A stretch of DNA of 64,000 nucleotides from Lepidodermella squamata (lineage: Eukaryota > Animalia > Gastrotricha). Shown here piece by piece: positions 12,808 through 26,177 of the stretch (position 1 is its first letter; every line of letters starts with the position of its first letter). Made by a program: the position numbers and the translations under genes. The notes beneath the pieces are model-generated. The model searched no databases and was not told where the DNA came from. It saw only the letters and a list, made by a program, of their open reading frames with translations. Location of the stretch: contig JBLDXI010000054.1 of NCBI GenBank assembly GCA_047495785.1, positions 3,596,001 to 3,660,000 of the forward strand, given 5' to 3'.

Positions 12808-13885
12808 AAAAACCTATATGTTTATAAAAGTATTTTTTATGATTAATTTTGATTATTATATTTTGGCCGAGAACAATAAAAATCCTATCGCACTGATCCA
12901 GGGTTAGTCATCAAACAGACGAGCTAAAACAAATAAACGAAATGGCTGGTTTTTTTCCGGTGTTAACTCAGTTTAGCGCGTTTTGTTTATAATTCTCATC
13001 GCACAGCTGGAAATGAGTTATTTTTCGAAAATTACACCTCGTTATATAGGTACCTGGTCGCTCGTTATTGCGCAGTGTTATCTTGGCGGATATTTCTACT
13101 ATTTATGGTTACACCATTTTTGTTCTTTTTATCTCGCGGCTATAGGTATCCATTTAAAGATAAATTTGGGAGTAGCTGACGTAACGTTAGGCCGATAAGA
13201 TGGCTAATCGAGTGGACGATCATCGTAACACATGTAAGATGGGTCCACGATAATAAAAAGGCCTAATAACCGCGAGATAAGCAGCAGGCTGATATACTTT
13301 TAATAAGTATAGCCGCGCGCGCGGTTCGTAAAAACAGCTCGAGCGGTGTCTCGCCAAAGGGCGCGCCTATGCGCTCATTCATTAGAAGCGCGCGGCTTTT
13401 ATTGCCGGCCAGTAGGCAACCGGACTGCGCTCGCGATAAGCCGATTTTGTTCGCGTTTTTATCATTAAGACGCCGGGCAGTGTGAGCGCGAGCGCATCTG
13501 TTTCTGGGGTGTTCGTTCGAAGTGGGCCGGGCGGCAAGAGAGGCAGACAACAACTCGAATAACAAACACAAGCATCAACAAGCATATTAGTTATAATAAA
13601 CGGCTCAACAACTCCTCACTTTTATTAAAGAACCAATCATCCGCTGTGTTTGACCCAGTGTAGCGCACTGCGATATTATGATGACCCAGAAAGGCGACGA
13701 AAACATCTGCCGTTTTTATTACAGCTTCTCGCCGCTTCTCCCCCGCAAATTAATGCGACACTTCGATTTCATAAATATCGGTTACGCAAAACACGCATCG
13801 AAGCGCACGCGATATTTGATATTATTAAATTCTATAGGCTGTTGTTAAATTTTCTAGAATTTTCTTGGTTTTCAATTGCGACGCA

Positions 13886-16800
13886 ATGAAACCAGGCTTA
13901 TTTTTACTCGCTACCTTGGCCGTTTTGGCGATGTACCTCCCGGCAGGTGAAAGCCAGGCCGGTGGTTATATGGCGGCGTTACAGAAACGCTGCTGCGATT
14001 TGGGCCAAAATTACGCTGGACGAACTTTGTCGACGCAGCGCCGTTGCTCGAAATTCGACCGATATCCGCCGGAACTCAGCAACGAAGAAAAGGAAATGTG
14101 CCAAGAAATTGGTTCGATGTGCTGCTTGAAGGAAGTTCAACTACAACAATGTACCGCCGGCCGGCAAACGGCGTTCACTCGCCACGTTTGCGAAGTTCCT
14201 CCTCAGGAGGGCGAGGAGACGTTTAAAGAATGCTGTACATGCTGCAAGTTGGGAATGGCTGCGGCGCGGTTGCGTGAAAGCTGTAACTTGCTAAAAGTCG
14301 GCAACCCGTGTGACATGGCTTTCCGCGAGTGTTGTTTCAATTTCTCGGTAGCCGGGCCAGGTGCTAGCAGCTGCGACCGGTACAACCCATGTGAACAAAT
14401 TTGCGAGGAGGAAGGAGCCGAAATCAAGTGTTCATGTTATCCTGGCTACGAACCGGACCCTTCGAATTTATTCAACTGCATCGGTGAGAAATTAAATATT
14501 CCTCCTTAAAACAATTTTGAATAAGCTTTAATTTTTGCCATTTTTACCGAATTTATCGCACGTTTGACTGGAAATTTTATGGATTAATTTAAAGAATTTT
14601 GAAAAATCAATCGCTGATTGATGATTTTATTTTATTTTAGTTATTTCATAAAAAAAACATAATTATTTTAAATTTATTTTCTTTTAATTTTAGATGTCGA
14701 TGAATGCTCGCGCGGTCTCGCTTCGTGCCAGCCTAACCAGAGCTGCTTCAACAAGAAGGGTTCATACGAGTGCCTGACTCTACCACCTGGCTCATCTCAG
14801 CACCAAAATCTGCAAGAATTCGGCGAGGGTGAGGAGGAAGAAGTGAGTGCCGAGGATGAAGTCCACCACCGCAACATACAGCAGCCTAGTAACGAACTTG
14901 GCAACGAACTAGGTACCGGCGAGGAATCAGTCACCGGAGCGGCTTGGGCCTCGTGTCCTCGTGGCTACGCCTTGAACGAAGCGAATGACAAATGTCTTGA
15001 TATCGACGAGTGCATTCTCTACCCTGACGTCTGCGACATTGACAAGGTAAGAGTGTCCCAAGGTCTTATAGTTACGATATTTAATTAGTTTTTTTTAGGT
15101 TTGCTACAACACACCCGGTTCTTACGAATGTCGAGAGGAGGGCCTTGATGGGCCGTCGGAGCAGGCTAGCAAAATCGCTGAAACTTGCCCGATAGGTTAT
15201 CGCCTCAACCAGCTGACCGGAGCTTGCGAATCTGGAGCCTCGGCCTCTCGAGACGACGATCTTGTCGCACCCGGCCGTAGTAAAACAACTACTGTCCCAA
15301 CAATGCCCGATGGTTCTATTCGGGGCTACCCGTTGCCGAAGCAGCAGGCTCCAACGGCGAGATCTAGCGATTGCCCCGCTGATAATGGGTGCTCCCAGGG
15401 CTGCCGCATGGTTGACGGGGTCGCCAAGTGCCAATGCAACGCTGGTTTCAGGCTAGTCGACGAGAAAATCTGTGAAGGTAAAAGAATTTTGGCCCTCATT
15501 AAATTCGTTAAAATATCTGTAACTTTAATTTAGATATTGACGAATGTTTGCCATCGGCTTTTGGAAATAACTGTTCAGTCGCGTCTCAGAACTGCCGTAA
15601 CACCCCTGGCAGTTACATCTGCGAGTGCAAGCCTGGTTTCCAGAAGATTCCAGGCTCGCCTTACCTGTGCGAAGACGTCAACGAATGCGCCCTCGACCTC
15701 GACAACTGCGAGGCCGGGCAGCGTTGCGAAAACACGATGGGCTCGTTCGAATGCCGCCGCCAGGTCAACTGCCCAACTGGTTACACGTTGGACGCAGCTA
15801 CGCAACAGTGCCAGGATGTTGACGAATGTAAACTAAGCCTTCACAACTGCGGCAAGGCTTACCTTTGCTACAACACCCGCGGCTCGTTCCGATGCGAGAG
15901 GAAGCAATGCGCGTTAGGCAAACGGCTGAATGTCAATACTGGCGATTGCGAAAACGTGGAATGCACCGAGGGGTTCAAAGTATCCGCTGACGGCCAGTGC
16001 CAAGATATCGACGAGTGCCGGCAGGGTGCTCAGTGCAAGGTGTATCAACGCTGCGTTAACACCCAGGGATCTTATTTGTGCCAGAATATCTACAACTGCC
16101 CGCAGGGTTACGAATTTTCCGAATCCGGTCACTGCATAGGTAATTGCCAATAATTCATAAAAATTACATCCAGCTTAATAATTCGATTTATTGAAGATAT
16201 CGACGAATGCGCTAAGGGGACCCATGAATGCAAAGCCAACCAAGTTTGTACCAACAGACCCGGTGGTCACACCTGTTCTTGCCACCCTGGTTTCGAGCTA
16301 GGAGCTAACCGGGAATGCACAGGTTTGTTAAGGAGGACTTTTCAGCTTTTTCCAATCACAATTCGAAAATTTTAGATATCGATGAATGCCAACGGTATCA
16401 ATGGATGTTGTGCCAGGATAACGCTGAATCTTGCCAAAACACGCCCGGATCTTACCGATGCGTTTGTAAATCTGGATTCCGGCCGGCTGGAAATGACACC
16501 CAGTGCGTTGATATTGACGAATGCGAGGAAAGTTCTAAAATCTGCGACCACAACTGCCGTAACACGAAGGGCGGTTTCCAATGCACTTGCAAATCTGGTT
16601 ACCAACTTGGGCCCGATAACCGCACGTGTACTGACGTGGATGAGTGTAAAGTTTGGGCGGAGCGAAGTACTTTACTCTGCTTGGGCCTGTGCCAGAATAC
16701 CGAGGGATCGTACTACTGCAAATGCCCGCCTGGCTATACGCTGAAGGAAGACAAAGTCACCTGCCAAGGTATGCCTTGATTATCCGATGCTAATCTTCTA

Positions 16801-17560
16801 CAATGTTGTGAATTGATTTTAGACATTGATGAGTGCGGTAATCGAACTGCCGATTGCCCGGCCGGCAGTGCATGCTTCAACATTCGAGGCGGCTTCCGGT
16901 GTATCGAAGATCAATGCCCCAGAGGTTACCGCAAGGTCGAACTCGAAAGGAGAAGGTACGTCATCTATTTTTCGTGTGAACTTTGGCGTGGTTTTTCCGA
17001 GTCATTTTCCGAGTGAAAACTAACATGAAAAATGCCTGCATCTTCATTATTACAAGCGCATGGTGTGGTTTGCCGTGATTTCCGGATGAAAAATCAAGGA
17101 TTTAAAAGTTGTTTTCGCTGTAACCAGCGGCCGGCGCAGCTTTATCTGTGTCAAAGAAAGCGTGTTCTGCCGACCCGGGGACCACGACTGCGCCTCGGGG
17201 CCTGTTTCTTACTCGTACTACTTCTTCACGATGACGATAAAACAGACGCAGGTGTCGGACTGGATATTCAAAATCCGCGCCTATCAAGATACAAATCGGC
17301 CGGCGAATTTCGCCTTTGATTACCGAATGTTATCGGCGCGAAATCCGAACAACGGCCGGCAGGATGTTTATCAGGACTTTATGGATCTGCGCCGCGTGAG
17401 CGATTCCGAGGCGCGATTGGTGCTGATAAGAAATATCACCCGACCTCAGGATATAGAGGTCGAACTGAACATGGAGGCGACGGCGAAAGATAGCTCCGAA
17501 GCCTTCCTCGGTGCCCGGCTCGTCAAAATCTACTACTTTATCACAGAACACGATTTTTGA
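13886..17560 (+). CDS. FBLN1: Fibulin (fibulin-1/2 type), isoform using the proximal C-terminal exon
   Basis: Signal peptide, anaphylatoxin-like CC modules (KRCCDLG...MCCLK...[10 protein letters not shown]...RECC), many cbEGF repeats (D[IV]DEC), fibulin-type C-terminal domain ending [11 protein letters not shown]. Confidence 0.9.
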
Positions 17561-17760
17561 ATTGGCGAATCACCTCCTGAAAGGCGCTAAATTATTTTTC
17601 TAAAGAAGGCTTATTATAGATGAAGGAACCTCCTCCTGAGCTGTGACATTTCTAAGGAACTGCTGTTATGTTGTATTATATAGGCAATACGAATCGGAAA
17701 ATGACTCGGAATAAAGCGCTAAAATTTTCGGTATTTTTTAATAAAAATTTTCTTCCACAG

Positions 17761-18215
17761 AATTTTAGCTGTTGGAGAGGAGGGTGTTGAGTGTCATAGG
17801 ATGCCGTGTACGAACAACGATGTTGAGTGCATTATGAACAAAACTCGAACTGTTACCATTCAAATGATCGCGCTGCCAAGTATTCCCGAACTTCGTATGC
17901 GTTTTAAAACAAGCCAATTTACCAATATTTACCAATTTTTCAATTATAGCTCAACCAACAGTTATAATGACTGTTCAAACGATTCGAGGGCTTGACGCGA
18001 AATTTTCGATTTTATCTGGGAATGTGAACAATTTATTTGATTTGCATGTGCCCAAGGAGGATCCCGATCACGGCTTGCTGCGGTTGTTGAAGCCGCTGAG
18101 TGGCCCTCGCGAGTTCTGGCTGCAGTTGCTGTTGCAAAGCGTCAATAAAGCCGGCCTGGTCATGTATAGCCACATTGCTTTCGTCATTATCAACTTCTCG
18201 CAATACGAGTTTTGA
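17761..18215 (+). CDS. FBLN1: Alternative fibulin C-terminal domain (two exons, 17761-17894 and 17950-18215)
   Basis: Acceptor at 17760 is in phase with the donor at ~16956. Encodes CHRMPCTNNDVECI...IALPSIPEL...FSILSGN...LLKPLSGPREF...FSQYEF*, a second fibulin domain III, with its own AATAAA (~18438). Confidence 0.85.
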
Positions 18216-18795
18216 AGAATCTTTCACGAAAATGTCCCTAGCTGCTAAAAAAATTCTCCCGTACTTCATCTGCCAAACAGCTTAGATATTACTATCAAAC
18301 CCTTGCTCAACCACCCTATGTGCTCAAACGCCGGATCAATGCTTCAACTTACAACGTCGATTCCTGAAATCATGTGCAATTTTTCTAGCTTTGTTAAATA
18401 TTATTATTGTAACATTGCGGCTGTCTGAGCGTTTATTCAATAAAATTTAGAGAAAACTTTGACAAAGCATAGCATATTATCAACTTTTATTATCTGAATT
18501 TCGTTACATGTTATCAACATATGCCGTTTCAGTAGATAGCAACCGCTTTCAACAAGAAGACTTCAAAATGGAGCATAAAACCGACTTTTCAGTCGATGTT
18601 CCTGGCACACCAAAAAAGATATTTTGAGCCATTTACCTAACATTCGGTGAGCTATTCTCCCAAAACCAAAAACTGCAGGATAATTGGCATCAACAATAAT
18701 CGATTGAGCTCACAATTGCTGCGGCAAAAAGCACAACGAAACCATAAAATTTCAACATTTCGCAACCAGATAAATTATTTCTCGTGCAATGAATG

Positions 18796-18819
18796 GGTAG
18801 GTAGGTAGGTAGGTAGGTA
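18796..18819 (+). repeat. (GGTA)n microsatellite
   Basis: GGTAGGTAGGTAGGTAGGTAGGTA seen directly. Confidence 0.85.
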
Positions 18820-19000
18820 CATATTGCAATCACTCGATAATTTACAAACTACAAATTTGCAATGAACAAAGAACATTGCGGAAGAATAAAGAATAAAGAA
18901 TATGAGGTAACAGCTCTAACAAGGTGCATTAAATAGGAAGTGTTCATATAGGCACATTATAATATCGTCTTCAAATGCGATGCGTTTTGCGATTATCGCT

Positions 19001-22000
19001 TCAATACTCGACAGTGACGCATTTCGTCTTCAGGTATTCATTGAGCGCCTCCTCGCCCAGGTCCTTGCCGAAACCGGACTGCTTGAAGCCGCCAAACGGC
19101 GCGGCTACATCAGTTTTGTTGTAGGTATTCACGAAAACGGTGCCGGCTTCGAGGCGATCGGCAACTGTCAGCGCTTTGTTAATATCACGGGTGAAAACAC
19201 CGCTGGCCAAGCCGAATTCGGTACCATTAGCACGTTTGATGACTTCATCAATATCTCTGCAATAAAGAAAATTAAATAAAATTCGACGAAAATAGAAAAT
19301 AGGATTTTCATATTATATTAAGGAGGATTTTTTAAATAGACTGAGGGTAAAACTTAGGAAAAAATGTTTTTTTAAGATAAAAGCTTTCGCTCGAAAAATT
19401 CAAATTTGAAATTTGAACCTGGGGTGGGCGATGTGATAACTGATTTTCCAGCAAATTTGGAGAATTTTTCTATTTTTACCTGATTTTTTGGCAATTTAAA
19501 ACGTGTGGACTAAAACCTTGGCCAATTAACGGTTGATTTTGGCTTGTTAGTTTCAAGATCCCCCCTTGAAATATGGTACGGATTTTGAAGATGGGTCTCA
19601 AAACGACAACAAAAAACTGCCCTCACATTCTCGGAAAATCCGTTTTCCTTTCATATATTTTTTTTTTACTCAATTTTGATTTTAATTTTCATGTAAAATA
19701 GGGCTACAAGAAGGAGAATTCTGTGCAAAAAATCCTGTTTCCAATGAAAATTCAAGTCTGAAGGGTTCAATGATACCCTCCCCGCAATCTCCCATTCCCG
19801 CGGTATGGTAATCTCCAAAATCGAAATCAATAAAATTCAAAAAATTCAAAATTTTACCCGTCTTGGAATTTCGAAATGATCATAACTGGGCCGAAGGACT
19901 CTTCAATTGCGATGTAGTTGTCATCTTCGACTTCTGTGAACACGGTGGGCGTAAAGTACAACCCTGGTCTGTTGACCTGGGTGCCGCCGTATATCAGTTT
20001 CGCTCCTTCAGCAACACCACGCCGGCAGTACTCGACCAGCTTCTCCATGTGAGCGCGGTGGTTCTGCGGGCCGTGGTCAGTCGACCGGTCCAGCGGGTCG
20101 CCAATCTTCATTTTCTTGACCTCGTGTACAACCTGTTCGACAAATTCGTCGTGAATCGACGACTCGACAAACAACCGACCAGCGGCGATACAGTTCTCGC
20201 CCTTGTTGAAGAAAACAGCGCTCAGGGCCATGCGGACAGCCTTTTCAAGATCGCAATCGTTGAAAATGATCAGCGGACTCTTGCCGCCGAGTTCGAGTGA
20301 AACTTTCTTCAAATTGCTCTTCGCGCAACTCTCCATGATAGTTTTGCCGATATCCGTCGAGCCGGTGAAGCCGATTTTGCGAACACGGGGGTGGTCGGCC
20401 AGCGCCTGGCCAACAACAGCGCCAGACCCGGGGATAATATTGATAACGCCAGGCGGGAAGCCAGCTTTCGCGACGAGCTCGCCGAACTTCAAAGCAGTCA
20501 GTGACGTAACTTGGGCTGGTTTCAGGACAACAACATTGCCAGCGGCGAGGCACGCCGACATTTTCCACGCCAGCATCATAAGCGGGTAGTTCCACGGGAT
20601 GATAATGCCGCAAATGCCGACCGGTTCCTTCTTCGTGAACGTCAAATTGGCATTAGGCCGGGCGTTGTTGATCGGAATTGTCCTGCCCTGGATTTTGTCG
20701 CACCAACCGGCAAAGTAGCGGAACGTGTCGATCGACATGCCAATGTGCGTTTTCAGGGCCAGGGTGTACACAGCCCCGCTGTCAAGGCTCTCAAGAGTTG
20801 CCAGCTCCTCGCGATGCTGGTCCATCAACTCAGCGAGGCGGAACATGAGGGCGCCGCGGTCGCGAGCGTTCATTAAGCCCCACGGTCCGCGAAGAGCAGC
20901 CTTAAAAAATCAAATAAAAATTGCAATCAGACGAACAGGAAATTATATAAAAATCGACGCAAATATCATATTTTATAAACCAAATGAGTAGTCTCGATTT
21001 CTCATTTTTATCAGAAAATAACAACTTTTATTCGGTTGAAATGTCGTTCATGACTGAAAACTACCGAGTAGGCGATGCAGGTAGCCTCTGGCTTCTTGAC
21101 ATGGTTAACTACGCTACAATATCCCTACTAATGTTTTCGATCGCTGTTGGGATTACATGCAAGCTGTGCGACTTGTGCAATCGTTCCGTGCTTTATTTTC
21201 GTGAACTACACGAGCGGTACCGAGATAAAAAACGCCGCAAACCCGTCACCCTGGTCAGTATCGACCCGCCTGCGCAACTGCCGCACATTTACGTTCCTCG
21301 CAACGCTAACAAATCCGAATTTCGAGCGCATGTTTTAGCCGGTAATTTTCTACCACCAGGCAGTCCTATTTACTCGAATAGATTTCCCTTCGAAATTGAT
21401 GAGAAAACGCTTTGAAAAATAAAAATAATAACGCCTAATCGTACCTAAAGGAGAATTTTTTTATATTTATCGAAATTATAATGGATCGGTCCAAACCATA
21501 TCCCAAGTTGATATGCTCCTATTTTTAAGAGACCCTCGGGTTCTCCAATCCCTGAGCATCCTAAATCCTGAATAATTGGGCTCCCTAGGCTAAACTTGAT
21601 ATAATTTTTGATAGAAAATCGGAATACAGTATTCTAAGGACATTTCCAATGCCAAAATGTAGTTCACTCATGATGCAAAACTAACCTCAGCAGCATCAAC
21701 AGCCAACTCAACATCGTCCTTGTTGCCCTTAGAAACATGGCAAATGACAGACTCATCCGCTGGATTAACCGCCGGGAAAGTTTGGTTCGACAGCGAGTCG
21801 ACAAATTCGTTATTAATGAACAGCTGGTGTGGGAATTTGAGCTCCATATTATTGGCCTTGAGCACAACCGCGTCGTAGATGAACTCCTTCTTAGTCTCTA
21901 GACCGCGCTGTTTGCGAATAACCCGTTGCATGAGGCGGTCGAAAACCGGCGCCATGTACACGTCATCGGTGACCAATTTAACACCGCTGATTTTGAAATT

Positions 22001-23263
22001 AATCTCCTCAACAAGTCGAACAACGTCCATCGAACCGGCGCCAAGTTTGAAAAAGTCGCTGTCAGCGTCGATTTTGCTAGTGCCGAGAATGCCGGCCCAA
22101 ATATCGCGAATTTTCGCCTCAGATTCCTTCTCGCCATCCGTGGGCTCGAGCCGCTTCTCCTCAAGGTCAGTTCGACCGTAATCGCATGCATTGATCATAC
22201 GACCGTCTTCGAAAACAATCTGGCGAATGTTAACCGCCTTCCCGTCATTTCCGAAAAATAACATCCCACCGCGATGAACAATCGATGGTTTATTAGTTTC
22301 AGGCGCCTTATCCAGCTTAACTTCATTGCCGCGTGGGAAGAACGATTTCGACCAAACTTGCGAGCCGAAAAGCGTGACCTTTTGACCTCCAATCACAGTC
22401 CACGCCCCTGGGACTTTATCATTACCACGGATCCAGTTGTGAATCGCCTCGGCGGGTTGGTTCAAGTTAATTTCAACCAAATCCTTCTTAATCATTGCAT
22501 CGTAAGTCGCTCCCTCTTCTGTTTGCTTGATTTTCGGCGCTTTTCCCTCTGCGATCAATCGAACAGCTTTGGCCTACAAATAAAATTCAGGTAAATTTTG
22601 AATACATTTTACAAGTGTTAAATACCATAGCTTTGACACCGGCTGGGAATAAAAACCGGTTGTAAATCGAGTCCAAGGTGTCATTTGGGTCAAGTCGAAT
22701 ATCCTCTTGCAGCAAGATTTCACCAGTGTCAAGGCCGTCGTCAGGCCAGAAAATGGTGAAACCAGCCTTTTTATCGCCTTGCATCAAAGTCCTATCAGAC
22801 AAAATCTAAAAAAATAATACATAAAGTTGGCTTAATTTACCAATTAATAGCCGAAGCACCACGGTGTCTAGGCAAGATGGACGGATGGTAGCAAATTGAT
22901 TGATGTTTCGGGAAGTTGATGACGTCCATAGGAATGAATTGCGAGCAGAAGGCGAGTACGTTCAAATCGGCGTTCACCGATTTGTAAGCTTCAAACACCT
23001 CTGTGATGAGCGTTCCTTTAATACGCCATGTTTTGAACTTGAACACCTTCACTCCAGCCTTTTCAGCAGTTGCAGCTATTTAATCAATATTTCAGTCGTG
23101 TTTCTAGGTCAAAATGACGGTTTTACTAACCTAGAACATCAGGCTTTCCGCCCTGGTCAGGAATCGTGAAAACACCGACAATTTCGTGGCCTTCCTTTCG
23201 CAGCAGTTTGAATACTTCGGTGCCAAATTGACTCTGGCCGATGAGCGCAATTCGTAGAGGCAT
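19001..23263 (-). CDS. ALDH1L1: 10-formyltetrahydrofolate dehydrogenase (ALDH1L)
   Basis: Starts [14 protein letters not shown]; formyltransferase domain ([24 protein letters not shown]), ACP linker ([15 protein letters not shown]), ALDH domain ([27 protein letters not shown]), ends [10 protein letters not shown]. No obvious mitochondrial presequence. Confidence 0.96.
21041..21415 (+). CDS. Orphan single-pass membrane protein nested antisense in an ALDH1L intron
   Basis: 124-143 aa ORF inside the ~780-bp intron (~20902-21685); one TM segment followed by CKLCDLC and a basic stretch RYRDKKRRK; AATAAA 2 nt after the stop; similar to the gene at 23518. Confidence 0.65.
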   Translation: MSFMTENYRVGDAGSLWLLDMVNYATISLLMFSIAVGITCKLCDLCNRSVLYFRELHERYRDKKRRKPVTLVSIDPPAQLPHIYVPRNANKSEFRAHVLAGNFLPPGSPIYSNRFPFEIDEKTL

Positions 23264-23517
23264 GTTTTGCGTACCAGCAATCAATATCAATCAAGAAATA
23301 ACTTCCGTTCTAAAAGATGGCCAAAACAAACACAGCGTCAATTTAGATAAAGACCACAACAAAGGCAAGCAAGTTGCAGCAAATCAATCGATAACGCGAC
23401 TTAGGCAATGGGTGCGCAAAGTGAATCGACAGAAAACATTTAAGATTAGTAGTATTATTAGCTATTAAGGGCGCTAGTTATTTAGAGCTTTCAGCAAAAT
23501 ATCTATTTTTTTCAAAA

Positions 23518-24024
23518 ATGGAATCGACGACGGTTGATGGCGTGTATTTTCCTCCCGATGACGAGGAATACGACCCGCATCAATGGGTTCTAGCCCTGGT
23601 AACTCGAGCGCAGATAGGCATTGGGATTCTAACTGTCGGCGTGTATTCATTCGGTAAAATTGCGAATCCTCCTTAAAAATAATTCAACTAGTTTTTTACA
23701 GCGATTCTTTTCGACTATGGTCACCGATTTATGCACGCGGTGAGGCGGAGTCTCGCGCGAATGCGAAAACGTCGTCAAATCGCGTTGTTGCTGAGCGAGC
23801 AGAATCAAGTAACGTCGAGCATTGAGCGAAATGCTAAGCGATGGCGGCATGAAAAACGAGTCGTCTACGACCACGATCGCTATCTAACGTATCTGCCCAA
23901 ATTCCTCGGGCAAAATAAAGCGAAGCTCGCTCAGGCTGCCCAGCAATATACCTCACCGGGTAGATCGAGGCGAGGATTCATACCAGCTATTGTACCAGCT
24001 TATACTAATGAAGCGGCTGTATGA
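23518..24024 (+). CDS. Orphan single-pass membrane protein (2 exons; intron 23654-23701)
   Basis: AAAAATG start; spliced MESTTVDGVYFPPDDEEYDPHQWVLALVTRAQIGIGILTVGVYSF|AILFDYGHRFMHAVRRSLARMRKRRQ...; AATAAA at ~24042. Confidence 0.7.
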
Positions 24025-24443
24025 AAGGATCAATTTTTGGCAATAAAAACGACTGGATTGTAAAATTCGTCCAAAATAGAACTATGCCAAATTTTGCATT
24101 CTACAGCCGACCAGGCTTGGTTTAAACTCAATAGTAGCTACACGTTCGCGCGCAGCAGAGAAAAAACAATAATAATGTACGGACAGCTTGTTGCGAGAGA
24201 CATCTTTTGTTTGACCACAAAACTTCCACACATAAAACTATTGTCCCTTTTATCTAAAACCAAAGCAGCTTTGAGGCAGTTGAACTTCTCTTTATATAAT
24301 TATTATATATAGTTTTGCACAAAGGTACCTCCAAAGATAAGTAAGAATTATTATCACTAGACCGTAACCAGACATTTTATATCAACAAAACAACTATTTT
24401 AGATAAAAATAACCGGTGCTCAATTTCTCAAATCGTTCATCCG

Positions 24444-25437
24444 CTATTCATCGGCAGTGTGGTACAAAGACTGGAGTGACCGTTTCGTAACTTCATAGGC
24501 TAAAAATAAAGCACCAGTGGCAGGGAAAGTGCGCAGAAGGGTAGGACCAAGCCCTCGATATAATCCCCGAATTCCTTCGGTTCGAATAATTGAAAGCACC
24601 ATTTTGTACATTCCGTCTTGTTTTCCGAGAGATTTATCCATCGTCATCACTTGCTTCCGCGATTTTATCACATCAGCCGGAAATATAACTGCCCATAATG
24701 TGCAGCCGCCAATGCCACCTGAAATAATTGTAGGGATCGCTCCGATATCATCCTTGCTTTCGACTTTCAACATGTCTTTGAACGAAGTACGGGAAAGATC
24801 GTAGGCGGCGAAAAAGAAAAAGTAACCCGGCATTTCACGCCAAAATGTAGGCACCAAGCCATGATAAAATCCACGAACTCCTTCAGCTCTAAAAACATCA
24901 CGGCATAGAGCGAAAACTCCTGTTTGTGCCGCCTTGTTTTCAGCTCCCTTTTGCTCACGTAATGCCTGAATATAAATAATATGTTGCAAGCTTCAAAGTC
25001 GCTCAACGCAAACATACTTGAAGTCTGCATTTTACAAGTTCTGTTGGGCAGAGAGTAAGACTGGAGAAAAATGCCGCGCAAAAACCGGCAAGGCCATTTT
25101 CAAAGGTGCTCAGATCGTTTTCGTGCTTTTTACCAACTGAGCTCATAATAAGTCGTTGAACTGTTCCATAGCACATAAACAAGACTGAGTTTTCAGCAAC
25201 GTTAGCAGCGATTGCTGGCAGCGTTCCAGCGTAAAGTCCGTTGCGAACGCCTTCAACTCGTAGAGTTGTAGTAAAACAACTCAGTGCGTTTTTATAGAGA
25301 TGCGGGAAGGTTTGGATTTTGACTTTCACGGTGTCCAACGGTTGGCCAACTAATACTGAAACTGTCCCGCCGAGAGTGCCACCGGTGAAGTCCACAATCG
25401 AATCAAGTGCGCTTTGCTCAGCTTTTTCTGTCCTCAT
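24444..25437 (-). CDS. SLC25A15: Mitochondrial ornithine carrier (SLC25A15/ORNT-like), 2 exons
   Basis: Three carrier motifs (QPLDTVKVKIQ, CPTELVKCRLQ, FPADVIKSRKQ) plus ornithine-carrier residues ANVAENSVLF, REMPGYFFFF, RTFPATGALFLAYE. Confidence 0.92.
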
Positions 25438-25586
25438 GATGGTATTAATAAATGAGATTTCAAGTAATTCAGATCCTAAATGATAAAAAATACACAAATC
25501 ACTCAGGGTACACTTCAATGTAAAAATAGCACCGCAAATAAATAAATGATGATCATCATAAAACTATTTCAAGGACTAATAATGAA

Positions 25587-26177
25587 TCATGAAAGCACTT
25601 TGTTGAGCCATACAACAGCATCAGTTCGTTGAATTAGCCCTCCTTCGTTCGACTTTGCGGCATTGACAGCAGCAAGTTTTTCAAGAAATCCAGCGGGTAT
25701 CATGCCCTGAGCAATACCTGAAGCGTATGCGATCGGTTCACAAGGAATGTAACCAAGCCGTCGGTAAAACTCAGCCTGTTCGGGCTTGGCTGTCAAGACA
25801 ATGCGGTTGCGGGGAGGATTGAGCTTATTGAGCATGTACTCTTCGATAAAAGCAACTAGAATCCGTCCAAGGCCTTTTCCACGAAGGTCCTTTCGAATTA
25901 CAACGCTTTCCAGCAGGCAAGCATTGTCCAGACCGACAACAGCCGATAACTGACAATAACCAACAGCAGAGAAAGGTTGGTGGCTAGAAACGAGGGAAAA
26001 GGAAGTAGGCAACGCGTCGCGTGAACGGGAAATCGCTCGATGACGCAATGCTTCGGCTCGCGGCCATTCACTTTGAAGAATTTCAATTATCTCAGCATGA
26101 ATTTTAGACATTGTCTCAGCAGAATCAAACGATGCATGGAGTGGGACCAAAGAGTATTCGTTCGGTAAGTATGGCAT
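25587..26177 (-). CDS. NAA80: N-alpha-acetyltransferase 80 (actin N-terminal acetyltransferase, GNAT)
   Basis: LVPLH...SEWPR...SRSRDALP...LLESVVIRKDLRGKGLGR...FYRRLGY...WLNK matches the NAA80/NAT6 pattern. Confidence 0.85.
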   Translation of the reverse strand: MPYLPNEYSLVPLHASFDSAETMSKIHAEIIEILQSEWPRAEALRHRAISRSRDALPTSFSLVSSHQPFSAVGYCQLSAVVGLDNACLLESVVIRKDLRGKGLGRILVAFIEEYMLNKLNPPRNRIVLTAKPEQAEFYRRLGYIPCEPIAYASGIAQGMIPAGFLEKLAAVNAAKSNEGGLIQRTDAVVWLNKVLS

